Positions 8,264 through 17,601 of a stretch of 64,000 bases of DNA are shown here, one piece after another. Location: NCBI GenBank assembly GCA_900549225.1, contig URNP01000002.1, positions 1,705 through 65,704 on the forward strand. The letters run 5' to 3'. A program made the translations under genes and the position numbers. The notes beneath the pieces were generated by a model. The model did no database searches, was not told the DNA's origin, and saw nothing but the letters and a program-made list of their open reading frames with translations. Every line of letters starts with the position of its first letter. Positions within the stretch are counted from its first letter, which is position 1. The stretch comes from an uncultured Eubacteriales bacterium. GTDB lineage: Bacteria > Bacillota > Clostridia > Christensenellales > CAG-917.

Positions 8264-9445
8264 TTATCGAATTTCTTTGATGAACTCTTCGATCAAATCG
8301 AGGGCGTGCTTTAACACTTCGAGCGAATAGGCGTAACTTATGCGAATATAGTTTGTGCCGCTCCTTCCGAACGCTCCGCCGGGAACGACCGCCACGTTTT
8401 TGCTATCGAGCAGGGCGTAGGCAAACTGCTCGCCGTCCATTTTCGTGGATTCTACGCTCGGGAAAACGTAAAAAGCGCCTTTCGGGTCAAAGCATTTCAA
8501 TACCATTGCTCGCAAACGGTTTACGATATACCGTCTGCGCTTGTCGTACTCGTCGCGCATTTGTCTGACTTCCTCGAAGTCGTCTTTGAACGAAGCGTTG
8601 AGCGCTTCGAGGGCAACGTACTGCGCTGAAGTCGAGGCGCACATAAGTGCGTATTGGTGAATCCTGAGCATGACGTCAACGATTTCTTTGGGTGCGCAAA
8701 CGTAGCCCAATCTCCAACCCGTCATAGCGAAATATTTTGAGAATCCACTGACGATTATCGTGTGCTCGCGCATATCGTCAATCGACGCAATCGACGTGAA
8801 TTTCGTGTCATCGTAGACTAGTTCGGCGTAGATCTCGTCACTGATTACGATTAAATCGTGCTTTTTGATGATAGGCACGAGTTTTTCAAGGTCGGATTTT
8901 TCCATAACAGCGCCCGTCGGATTGTTCGGATATGACAAAATCAGCGCTTTGGTTTTTGACGTTATGGCGTTTTCAAGTTGCTCGGGAGTGAGTTTGAAAT
9001 CGCTTTCCTCTTTGCAATCTATCGCTACGGGCGTGCCGCCGCATAGCGAAACGAGTGGAGAGTAGCAAACGAAACACGGCTCGGGCACAAGCACTTCGTC
9101 GCCTTGGGAAACTACGGTGCGGAGCGCAACGTCAACGCCTTCGCTTGCGCCGACCGTGATGAGAATCTCGTTTTCGGGGTTGTAGTCTATGCCTAAAAAT
9201 CTGTTCGTATATTTTGAAATCGCATTGCGAAGTTCAATCAAACCTGCGTTTGCAGTGTACTGCGTTTTGCCTGCTATTATGCTGTTTATGCCTGCTTGCG
9301 AAAACACGCTCGGAGTGGAAAAATCCGGCTCGCCGACCCCGAGTGATATGCAATCTTTTCTCGTTGCCGCTATGCCGAAAAACTCGCGTATGCCCGACGG
9401 TTTGAGATTGTACGCAACGGGGTTTAATAGTTTTGAATAGTCCAT
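8264..9445 (-). CDS. class I/II PLP-dependent aminotransferase (aspartate/aromatic type)
   Basis: 393 aa. SGFSKYFAMTGWRLGY holds the PLP-lysine motif. AGAGGA RBS. Confidence 0.9.
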   Translation of the reverse strand: MDYSKLLNPVAYNLKPSGIREFFGIAATRKDCISLGVGEPDFSTPSVFSQAGINSIIAGKTQYTANAGLIELRNAISKYTNRFLGIDYNPENEILITVGASEGVDVALRTVVSQGDEVLVPEPCFVCYSPLVSLCGGTPVAIDCKEESDFKLTPEQLENAITSKTKALILSYPNNPTGAVMEKSDLEKLVPIIKKHDLIVISDEIYAELVYDDTKFTSIASIDDMREHTIIVSGFSKYFAMTGWRLGYVCAPKEIVDVMLRIHQYALMCASTSAQYVALEALNASFKDDFEEVRQMRDEYDKRRRYIVNRLRAMVLKCFDPKGAFYVFPSVESTKMDGEQFAYALLDSKNVAVVPGGAFGRSGTNYIRISYAYSLEVLKHALDLIEEFIKEIR

Positions 9446-9557
9446 ATATCCTCTTTTTTATATATCAGTCTATATATTCTCTTTTTTATATATCATTTTA
9501 TAAGGACGTATGGAGTTTTGATACAGAAATGTCTAAAAATTCTTTGTGATTGGGACG

Positions 9558-10865
9558 TCAAATAAGGAGCATTATTTTAAGTCCTGCGATTGCGCAGAGC
9601 AAGGTGGGAATGCCTACGATTGCGCCTCGTTTTACGAAATCGAAGAAAGTGAATTTGACGTTTTGCGTTTTCAGTATAGAATTCCACATAATTGCGGCAA
9701 GCGCGCCAATTGGCGTGAGCAATGCGCCGAGATTCGAGCCGATTATCGAGGCGTAAATCGCACCTTTAAGGTTCTGCGCAGATACGCTTTGAAGAATTTG
9801 CGAATAAAGCACGGACATTGGTATGTTGTTCATAAGGTTGGCAAAGAGCGCCGAAGTCGTGCCGAATGTCAGTGCGCAATCAGCATTCTGCAGTGAAGAG
9901 GCGAGATATTGCGTGACTCCGCATTGATTGAGCGAGAGTACGATAACGAACATCGAGAGCAGAAAAGGGACGAGTTGCCACGGAAGGCGCGCAAGCGTTT
10001 TTCCTATCGGTTTCATCGATTTTTTTTGAGCGAGAGTTGCTATCGTGCTTGCTACGAGCAAAAAGCCGCACGCGCTTGCGGATACTATCCACATTTCAAC
10101 GCCTATATAAGAGGATATCGCAAGCATTATCGTCGCAACGCAAAGTACGATAAGGCCGATGATAAGACACGGTTTGTTGTCAATTGCAATTTCGCTCTCG
10201 TGTGCGTTCATAGGTGCTGAGAGTTTTTTTCTGAACAGTAGATAAAGAATCGCAAGAGAGCAAAGCCCTGCAAATAACGTAGGGAGCGCCATTACGCCCA
10301 CGTACTCGGCAAAGCCTATTTTCATCGACGTGGCAAGGTATATGTTGGTGGGATTGCCGATGATCAAAAACATACTCCAAGTGTTTGCCGCAACGAATTC
10401 GGTGAAGATGAACGGAATCGGGTCGATATTGCAATTTCGCGCAAAATAGCAGATAAACGGCGTAAACGTGAGGATAATCACATCGTTTGAGGTGAAAACG
10501 GTGAGAATCGACGTGGCGATATAAAGAAGGATGAACAACTTTTTCTGACTTGCGCCCGCCTTTTTCAGCACCGCGTTTGCCAGCCACTTGAAGAAGCCTA
10601 TTTCGTCGAGATATACGCTGAGCGCACTCATCGACAAGAATAAAACCAATATTTTGAGGGGATTGACTTCGTCGTCGGAAGTGAATTGCGCCCATACGGA
10701 TTTTGCGTCAACGCCGCCCGACGCAAGCAGAATCACGGCGCACACGAGCGGCACGAGCCAATAAAGGCTTATGCTTATCTTGCCTATGCGCAAGCGCAGG
10801 TTGAAAAGGGTGGATACTAAAATTCCGACCGCGCATATGATGAATACCGTGAGTTGAAGCGCCAT
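9558..10865 (-). CDS. ArsB/NhaD (CitMHS-like) family anion permease
   Basis: 435 aa, about 12 TM segments, with the characteristic TSNDVIILTFTP and GNPTNIYLA segments. Confidence 0.75.
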   Translation of the reverse strand: MALQLTVFIICAVGILVSTLFNLRLRIGKISISLYWLVPLVCAVILLASGGVDAKSVWAQFTSDDEVNPLKILVLFLSMSALSVYLDEIGFFKWLANAVLKKAGASQKKLFILLYIATSILTVFTSNDVIILTFTPFICYFARNCNIDPIPFIFTEFVAANTWSMFLIIGNPTNIYLATSMKIGFAEYVGVMALPTLFAGLCSLAILYLLFRKKLSAPMNAHESEIAIDNKPCLIIGLIVLCVATIMLAISSYIGVEMWIVSASACGFLLVASTIATLAQKKSMKPIGKTLARLPWQLVPFLLSMFVIVLSLNQCGVTQYLASSLQNADCALTFGTTSALFANLMNNIPMSVLYSQILQSVSAQNLKGAIYASIIGSNLGALLTPIGALAAIMWNSILKTQNVKFTFFDFVKRGAIVGIPTLLCAIAGLKIMLLI

Positions 10866-11038
10866 ATTTTCCTCTTTTGCAATGACGATATTATGCTCGC
10901 GCGCAAGAAAAAACGCAAGTAAATACGCATTGTTTTCCTCGCGAGTGTGAAAATACGCGATTATTTGAAAAGTGTGTATTTACCGCTATGGACAAACGGC
11001 GTTTTTTGTGGTATTATCTTTATATTAAGGAGTTAATT

Positions 11039-11899
11039 ATGTTTGAAATCGTAACAGATAACACTGCAGACCTTTACGAAGGCTATTATGAGGCAAATCC
11101 CGCAAGACGACTTCCGTTTTCTTTCACGCTCGAAGATCACTTCTACGAGAAAGACGACGATTATCCCATCGAACTTTTCTACGAGAAGTTGAAGGCGGGC
11201 AAACTTGTCAAAACGTCGCAAATCAATCCGCACGACGCAGAAGTTATGTTCGAGCAAGTGCTTTCTGAAGGCAAAGACTTGCTCTATATCGGCTTTTCGT
11301 CGGGTATGAGCGGAAGTTTCGACAATATTTCGTATATCGCAAAAGGATTGCGTATCAAATATCCCGAGCGCAAAATCATCGTCGTCGATACTCTCGCAGG
11401 CGCAGGCGGTGAAGGTTTGCTCGTGTACTACGCAAGAAAAATGCAGGCGGAAGGCAAAAGTATGGAAGAAATCGCCGAGTGGGTTGAGAATCACAAACTC
11501 AACGCTCACCATTGCTTTATCGTCAGCGACCTCATAAATCTGCGCAACAGCGGAAGAATCTCCACGCTTGCCGCGCTCTTCGGAATGATCGTGCACATTA
11601 ACCCCGTGCTCGAACTCACCACGCAAGGAAAAATCGGAATCGTCACCAAGGCGATCGGAAGGAAAAAATCTATTTCCGAAATGGTCAAGTTCTTCAAAAA
11701 CAATTATATTCGGGACGACAACGACTTTATCCTCATCGGTCACACGAACTGCCCTGAAGAAGCACACGCTTTCGGTGCGCAAATCGAGCAGTTGTCCGGC
11801 GGCGTTCCCGTCAAGTACGGATATATCAATCGTCTTGTGTCGGGGTGCGCGGGGTATAATGCTTTGGCTGTCTTCTTTATGGGCAAAACCCGCGCTTAA
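11039..11899 (+). CDS. DegV family fatty-acid-binding protein
   Basis: Starts MFEIVTDNTADL after an AAGGAG RBS. The track start at 10988 has no RBS. Confidence 0.85.
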   Translation: MFEIVTDNTADLYEGYYEANPARRLPFSFTLEDHFYEKDDDYPIELFYEKLKAGKLVKTSQINPHDAEVMFEQVLSEGKDLLYIGFSSGMSGSFDNISYIAKGLRIKYPERKIIVVDTLAGAGGEGLLVYYARKMQAEGKSMEEIAEWVENHKLNAHHCFIVSDLINLRNSGRISTLAALFGMIVHINPVLELTTQGKIGIVTKAIGRKKSISEMVKFFKNNYIRDDNDFILIGHTNCPEEAHAFGAQIEQLSGGVPVKYGYINRLVSGCAGYNALAVFFMGKTRA

Positions 11900-11939
11900 A
11901 TGAATCACTGAAAACTGCAAATGACTGCGTCAATGTGCC

Positions 11940-11975
11940 GTATTCGTCAATTCACGTACGCTCAAGTACGCTCGT
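11940..11975. repeat. degenerate copy of the CACGTACG..AAGTACG hairpin-element core
   Basis: TTCACGTACGCTCAAGTACGCTCG at 11951-11974, about 50 nt after the degV stop. The flanking arms do not pair well. Confidence 0.5.
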
Positions 11976-12015
11976 CGTTCAAATCGGATATAGAAAAGAA
12001 CTAAAATTAAATAAT

Positions 12016-12047
12016 AAAACTCGCATCTCGATGCGAGTTTTATTTTT
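12016..12047. terminator. bidirectional terminator (degV / surface-protein gene)
   Basis: Stem ACTCGCAT (12019-12026) / ATGCGAGT (12031-12038), with an A-run before and TTTTATTTTT after. Confidence 0.8.
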
Positions 12048-12124
12048 GAAAATCGTGTTTGGAATCGCAAACAGATCGACAATAAAAGCAAAATAAGAAA
12101 TTGAAAGTTATAAGTTCGCTTTAA

Positions 12125-14536
12125 TCAAAATCTGTTTTGCGGTTTGTTCTCGTTCTTTTTGTTTTCGGCGTTCTTGCGGGTGAGATATATCGAAGCAAAG
12201 ATTGCCGTGCCTGCTAGTGCGACGATTATCGCAAGGACGATTGCGACAATTTGCACCGTCGTCAAGCCGTTGATTTTTATGTATGCTTTTTCGACGTAGC
12301 CTATCGTGCCTTCAAAGTTGACGAGATAGAAATCTCCCACGGTGTCAAGCACCTCTACTTCGCTTCCGTCAACTATCTGCGTGACAAGTTCGGATTGCGT
12401 GTCGGGGGAGAGATATACGTTTACGAGTCCGCCGATTCTATCTGCGTTTGCTTTGCCGTAAACTCTGTCTTTTTCGGGTTTAACTTCGATATATTCTTCA
12501 AGGTCTTGCGCGTCTACGAAATAGACTTTTTCGCCGTATGTGACGAGAGTCCACACGTTGTTTTCATAGCCTGCGACGTCGCTCACTCGGGTGACTTTTT
12601 CGCCTTGTTTGAGGGTAAGTTCGCTTGACCGAGTGTGGGGCAGTGCGTATAGCGTGGTATCTTGTTTTGCAACGTAATCGCCCGTTAAAAGCGTGGGGGC
12701 GGCAGTATCAAAGTCGGATTTGCGGATCTTGACAAGTTTGTCGCCGTCAAGTGCAAAACGGAATTCGTCGCTTTGGTCGCCTTCGATTTGCTCGTCGATG
12801 ACGAGGTGCACTCTGCTTGACGCAAGGGAAGTGTTTTCAAGTCTGCCGTCGGCGGAATAGTTGAGCGCGCCCTCTTTTGCGGTTGCGAAATAATATGGTT
12901 TATCGACGATTTGCGGAAGAGTGCTTGTGTAGGTGTTCTTGGTTGTTGCACCTATATCGATTGCTCCGACGAAACTCTCGTCTGCGGTGAAGAGAAGCAC
13001 GCTATCGCTCAAGCATACGCTCGTCAAAGTCGCTTTCATGGATGCGGATTTCGGATAGAGAACGCTCGTTTGCGCTCCGTCGTAATAGGTTGCGATTCTG
13101 TCGCCAAAGGCAACGTAGATTTTGCCCTCGTAGTCGATTGCAAAGTCAACGGCATCCGTGAAATCGTCGGTTACCGCGTCGTAGAGTTTGACACCGCTCT
13201 GATTGAGCGCGACGATGCCGCTTGTCGTGAGCAAATATACGTTCGTGCCGTCTTTGGCAGCCGTCAGGCGCATGCCTTGCTCGGTATCGTATATTTTGAG
13301 AAGCGTGTCGGCAATGAGAGTGTACACGCCGTCTTTGGTGAGAACGTAGAGTTTGTCGAGATAGATTAAGTCAACGACGTCGGTTGCTTCGTAGGTCTTT
13401 TGAATTTCACCGCCGCTGAGTCTTAAAACTTTGTTTCCAAATGCGACGTATATATCTCTCGAGTTTGCCGTGACGGCAAGGGGAGTTTCTTCAAGAACAA
13501 TGTCGGTCATTACGCCCGATTGGTCGATGAGCGCAAGACGGTCGTTGTTTTTGTCCGCAACGACGATATCGTCATCTAAAACGCACAGGTCGGAGGGATG
13601 ATCGAGGTGAAAAGCGTCGTTGCCCGTCATCGTCATCGAAGCGGTGCGAGAAAGGCTCTTCATATCCGACGATAAGGTGTATACGATCACGCTGTTGCCT
13701 TCGATCGTGAAGAGCTTGTCGCCGTTTGCAAAGAAGTCATCGGGGCAGATTTCGGTTTGGAAAAGCAACGCGCCGTTTCGTTTGTTCAACACGATGATGC
13801 GTTTTTGGTTGGTTGTCGGCGACAGTTCGAGCGCGAATATAGCGTCTGCGACGTACGCCGCTTTTATGTTTTGAGTGATCGAGTGATACTCCGTCGAGTT
13901 GGTGGTCGTATCGTAGATTGCAAATCTCGGCTCGCCGTATTCCCAAGGGAAAGTGTAAAACGAATCGCCGTAACCCGCGACTACGATTTGTCCTATGAGC
14001 GCGCGATTCTTTGCGGATTCAACCGAAAAACTCGCGGTGAGCGTTTTGTCGTAGATTGCAACTCCTCCGAACTCAGAGTGAACGAAAAGGCGAGTGCCGT
14101 CGCTCGAGATTGACGAGATATCTTCGGGTGCGCTCAAAGTGTGCGCTTGAGCCGACGCGCTTTTGTCGGTGAGATCGATCGTGAAATATTTGCCGTCCGC
14201 TTGAATAAACGCTACGTCCTCGAGAACGTAAAGCAGTTTGACTTCCTTGAAGGAAAGCGAATACGAATAAGAGCCTGAGGAATCGTTGGGACGGACGAAA
14301 AGCATGTTTGCCGATTTGTCGTAAATCAAAAGGTAGGCGTCGTTTGCGCTCAAGAGAGTGGGATCTTCCGATTGAAAATAGTTGTTTTGAGGGAATACTC
14401 GTGTGAAATTGTCGTCTTGCGCATTTGCTATCGGGGCGCTTTGATTTGCCAAAAGCAATGAAAATACCGTCGCAAAAACGGCAATAAACAGGGAAACGAG
14501 CATTGATTTTTTTGTGATTTCAACCGACTTTTTCAT
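12125..14536 (-). CDS. membrane-anchored surface protein with repeat (propeller-like) region and two SH3b-like domains
   Basis: N-terminal signal/anchor (MLVSLFIAVFATVFSLLLA) and repetitive beta-rich units. Two SH3b-like segments lie near the C-terminus (..NNVWTLVTYGEKVYFVDAQDLEEY; ..GDFYLVNFEGTIGYVEKAYIKI). A C-terminal TM segment and basic tail follow. Confidence 0.6.
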   Translation of the reverse strand: MKKSVEITKKSMLVSLFIAVFATVFSLLLANQSAPIANAQDDNFTRVFPQNNYFQSEDPTLLSANDAYLLIYDKSANMLFVRPNDSSGSYSYSLSFKEVKLLYVLEDVAFIQADGKYFTIDLTDKSASAQAHTLSAPEDISSISSDGTRLFVHSEFGGVAIYDKTLTASFSVESAKNRALIGQIVVAGYGDSFYTFPWEYGEPRFAIYDTTTNSTEYHSITQNIKAAYVADAIFALELSPTTNQKRIIVLNKRNGALLFQTEICPDDFFANGDKLFTIEGNSVIVYTLSSDMKSLSRTASMTMTGNDAFHLDHPSDLCVLDDDIVVADKNNDRLALIDQSGVMTDIVLEETPLAVTANSRDIYVAFGNKVLRLSGGEIQKTYEATDVVDLIYLDKLYVLTKDGVYTLIADTLLKIYDTEQGMRLTAAKDGTNVYLLTTSGIVALNQSGVKLYDAVTDDFTDAVDFAIDYEGKIYVAFGDRIATYYDGAQTSVLYPKSASMKATLTSVCLSDSVLLFTADESFVGAIDIGATTKNTYTSTLPQIVDKPYYFATAKEGALNYSADGRLENTSLASSRVHLVIDEQIEGDQSDEFRFALDGDKLVKIRKSDFDTAAPTLLTGDYVAKQDTTLYALPHTRSSELTLKQGEKVTRVSDVAGYENNVWTLVTYGEKVYFVDAQDLEEYIEVKPEKDRVYGKANADRIGGLVNVYLSPDTQSELVTQIVDGSEVEVLDTVGDFYLVNFEGTIGYVEKAYIKINGLTTVQIVAIVLAIIVALAGTAIFASIYLTRKNAENKKNENKPQNRF

Positions 14537-14543
14537 AAATATA

Positions 14544-14572
14544 AGTATAATCAAATTGTAACTTTAAGTCAA
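14544..14572 (-). promoter_or_regulatory. TTGACT-17-TATACT promoter placed for a leaderless transcript
   Basis: Minus-strand -35 at 14572-14567 and -10 at 14549-14544. Only 7 nt separate the -10 from the ATG at 14536, and there is no SD. Confidence 0.45.
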
Positions 14573-14637
14573 GATAATAACTTTATTGCTTGAAATATTC
14601 GTGCGCGTGTGATAATATCTATTAAAAGGTATTATAT

Positions 14638-15621
14638 ATGGCAAACAAAAAACGATATTATAAAAACCGCTCGCCCAAGCAGAATGCGCAAAATCAGGAG
14701 AGCGTAAATCAACAAACGGCAAGATTTTCACAAGAACAGTTGGCTCTTTCCACCGAGGATTTGGGAATAAGCGAATCTACTCGCGAACTCCTTTTGAAAA
14801 ACCGTATTCAAACTGCGGCGGACCTCGTTAAACGCACCGAAAAGGATATGTACAAGGTGCAAGGACTCAACAAAAAGATTCTTTTTGAAATTAAGGACGC
14901 ATTGAAAGCAAAAGATATGTGCTTGCGCCCAGAACCCGTCAAAGAAACAACGAAACAAGACAATCAAAACGCTTCGCAAAACGAACAACGTAAGGGCGCT
15001 GACGCTCAATCAAGCGATTCAAAACGTCAAAACGACAAAAAGCAACCCTCTTCCAAAGAACGTGGCGAAACGGTCGAACGCAGAAACGATAAATCTACGG
15101 GCGCAGACAGACAAGAGCGCTCGAAATTCGGACTTTCGGACAGAGCGAGCGCAAAACCGCAAAACAAGCAATCCGCAAATCAAAAACAATCGGATAAGAA
15201 ACCGCAAAAAACCGTCGAAAAACTCACCGAACCTCTTAAACCCGGTCAATGGCGCAAAGTGCTTAAGGGCGGAAAGTGGGGATATTCAAACGGATTCAAA
15301 ATCGTCATTCCCACGATGTACGACGAGATTTTTGCGTTCAAAGAAGGACTTGCTTCCGTCGAAATCGACGAAAAATGCGGATATATCGACGAGGAGAACA
15401 ACGTCGTTATTCCTCTCGATTACGACACCGCTATGAGTTTTTCGGAAGGTCTTGCAATGGTCTGCAAGGGCGAAAAATGCGGATATATCAACAAAAACGA
15501 CGAAGTCGTAATTCCGTTTGAATACGATGCAGGCACTCCTTTTGAAAACGGCGAGGCAAAAATCAAAAAAGACGGAAAGTGGGGGACTATTACCACTGAC
15601 GGCAAAATTACCTGGATTTAA
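14638..15621 (+). CDS. fusion protein: helix-hairpin-helix (RpoA-CTD-like) N-domain, basic/Q-rich linker, C-terminal WG (KWG) repeats
   Basis: The segment at aa 35-90, DLGISESTRELLLKNRIQTAADLVKRTEKDMYKVQGLNKKILFEIKDAL, looks like an HhH. A roughly 110-aa low-complexity K/Q/S/D/R linker follows. Four WG-type repeats end the protein (KWGYSN.., KCGYIDEEN.., KCGYINKND.., KWGTITTDG). Confidence 0.6.
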   Translation: MANKKRYYKNRSPKQNAQNQESVNQQTARFSQEQLALSTEDLGISESTRELLLKNRIQTAADLVKRTEKDMYKVQGLNKKILFEIKDALKAKDMCLRPEPVKETTKQDNQNASQNEQRKGADAQSSDSKRQNDKKQPSSKERGETVERRNDKSTGADRQERSKFGLSDRASAKPQNKQSANQKQSDKKPQKTVEKLTEPLKPGQWRKVLKGGKWGYSNGFKIVIPTMYDEIFAFKEGLASVEIDEKCGYIDEENNVVIPLDYDTAMSFSEGLAMVCKGEKCGYINKNDEVVIPFEYDAGTPFENGEAKIKKDGKWGTITTDGKITWI

Positions 15622-15649
15622 GTTTTTCATTGCTCGACGGAGTTGAAAA

Positions 15650-17527
15650 ATGAGGAAAACCGTAGATAAATCGGCATACACAAGTGTTTACGCGTTGCGA
15701 ATATTCGTGTGCGTGCTGATTTGCTGTTTGTTTTTCTCATTTTTATTTTTACCCTCGGTTGCAGATGCGGTTTGTCCCGAAAATTACGTCGAATCGGTGA
15801 AAAACGAGAACCTCGATTGGCAAAACGACGAGAATAATCTCGACCTCGATTTTGTGAAAAAGACCGTTTCGGAGTGGCTTGCCGACCCTAACTTCGATTT
15901 TTCGGCAATCGAAAAAGATCCTATCGTCGTTGCGATTATAGATACGGGAGTGAATTTCGATCACGAGATTTTTACGGGAAATTACGATGAAAACGGCAAG
16001 AAAATCAACGCTTCGGGCGTCGGTGAGTACGACGTTTTTTATAGGGATTCGCAAGGCAACGTCGTATCGAAAAATACCGCCGACGATGATAAGAGCGCAA
16101 CCGACGATTCGTCAAATAGACACGGCACGCACGTTGCTGGTATCGTTGCGACTTTGATACACGAACTCAATCTTGAAAAATATATCAAAATTATGCCGAT
16201 TAAGGCGTCGAGAGTCGAACTCGGCAATACGAAATTTGACGATACGCACGTCAGAAACGCTATAAATTTTGCTCTCAGCAACGGCGCGGACGTCGTGAAT
16301 ATGTCAATCGCCGACAACGGTGTGTCGCCCGGCAAGACTTCTTCGTTCGATATGGTGAGCAAAACCGACGCGGGCAAGGCGGTGTTCGTCGCCGCGGCGG
16401 GAAACGGCAAGATTTTCGGCACTTCGTCAAAGAATAAGTGGTATTATCCGGGTGCGAGCAAAAACGTTATAGGCGTTATGAATTACACCGTTGAAAACGG
16501 GAAAAAGAAACTTGCCGCAACCTCTAACTACGGCTCGGCGTACGATATATGCGCTCCCGGTAGCGCGATTTTCAGTGCGGACGGGAAAACCGCAGACGCT
16601 TATAAATCCCTCGGCGGAACGAGCATGGCGTCGCCTATCGTCGCTTTTGCAAGCGCACTTGCTATGCTCAAAGACAGAGCGTATTGCGCCGTATCGAAAG
16701 AGCAAAACAAATCTTGTACGGAAATTGCAGAATACGTCAAGAGTTCGTATTCCGAATCAATATCGAAAAGCGGTTTCAAAAACGCAGTGTTCGATTTTAA
16801 GCAACTGCTGACCGACGAAATTCGAGCGCGTATCGTTGCGGACGAAAACGGCGGTGGTTTGAGCCAATATATCAACAACGTTTATCCCGTCAAACTTCGA
16901 TTTGAAATTTTCCCGCACTCGTATGAGGGAAAAGGAAACGTCGTGTGGAAAATCGACGGCAAGAGCATCGACAATCCGTCGGAAGATTCGTTTTTGCTTG
17001 AATATACGCCAAAAAACGAGATCGGAAGCGTTGAAGTTCACGCCGAGTGGACGTATGGGACAGAAATTAAGACGTCGCAATGCACCGTTTCGGTCGAGTA
17101 CGTCGAATACGACAGAGGAGAAACCGAACAAATCCAAATCGACGTTTCAAAGAACGGCGAAAATATAGATTTGAACGAAGCCGACGGATCTATCGACACG
17201 ATAGAGGGCGATTTGATTAAGTTTTCGGTGGACGAGAAGGTGCTGCAAAATACGAAACCCGGTACGAGTGTGCTTTGGTACGTTGACGACAAGTGTGTGG
17301 GGACGGGAAACGAGTTTTCTTGCAAGTTTGAGGAAGAAGGCGTGCACTACGTAAAGGCGAAAATAGGGGATTATTTTACGAGTGAGATTATCGTTAAGAC
17401 AAAAACCGAAATTCTTGAAAAGTCACGCGTTCTCGATATCGTGACGATCGTGCTTTCGTGTGCGCTCGCGGTTTGCTTCGTCGGCGTAGTATCGACGATT
17501 CTTATCAAAAAATCTAAAACCAAATAA
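15650..17527 (+). CDS. subtilisin-like S8 serine peptidase, membrane anchored
   Basis: Catalytic triad motifs DTGVNFDH, HGTHVAG and GGTSMASP. N-terminal signal/anchor and a C-terminal TM segment (IVTIVLSCALAVCFVGVVSTILI). Confidence 0.85.
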   Translation: MRKTVDKSAYTSVYALRIFVCVLICCLFFSFLFLPSVADAVCPENYVESVKNENLDWQNDENNLDLDFVKKTVSEWLADPNFDFSAIEKDPIVVAIIDTGVNFDHEIFTGNYDENGKKINASGVGEYDVFYRDSQGNVVSKNTADDDKSATDDSSNRHGTHVAGIVATLIHELNLEKYIKIMPIKASRVELGNTKFDDTHVRNAINFALSNGADVVNMSIADNGVSPGKTSSFDMVSKTDAGKAVFVAAAGNGKIFGTSSKNKWYYPGASKNVIGVMNYTVENGKKKLAATSNYGSAYDICAPGSAIFSADGKTADAYKSLGGTSMASPIVAFASALAMLKDRAYCAVSKEQNKSCTEIAEYVKSSYSESISKSGFKNAVFDFKQLLTDEIRARIVADENGGGLSQYINNVYPVKLRFEIFPHSYEGKGNVVWKIDGKSIDNPSEDSFLLEYTPKNEIGSVEVHAEWTYGTEIKTSQCTVSVEYVEYDRGETEQIQIDVSKNGENIDLNEADGSIDTIEGDLIKFSVDEKVLQNTKPGTSVLWYVDDKCVGTGNEFSCKFEEEGVHYVKAKIGDYFTSEIIVKTKTEILEKSRVLDIVTIVLSCALAVCFVGVVSTILIKKSKTK

Positions 17528-17550
17528 AAACGGATAAAATCCATGCAACG

Positions 17551-17586
17551 AAAAAAAGACTGTTTTCAAACAGTCTTTTGATTTTT
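17551..17586. terminator. bidirectional terminator (S8 peptidase / rpsT)
   Basis: Stem AAGACTGTT (17556-17564) / AACAGTCTT (17569-17577), with an A-run before and a T-run after. Confidence 0.8.
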
Positions 17587-17601
17587 GCGATTTTCAATTG
17601 C

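Noticed and set aside
9448-9495. 20-nt direct repeat (A)T(C/T)CTCTTTTTTATATATCA at 9448-9467 and 9476-9495, duplicating the aminotransferase RBS region
   Set aside because: The duplication is real (19 of 20 identical, 28-nt period). It is most simply a small tandem duplication of the 5' UTR, and there is no evidence of function.
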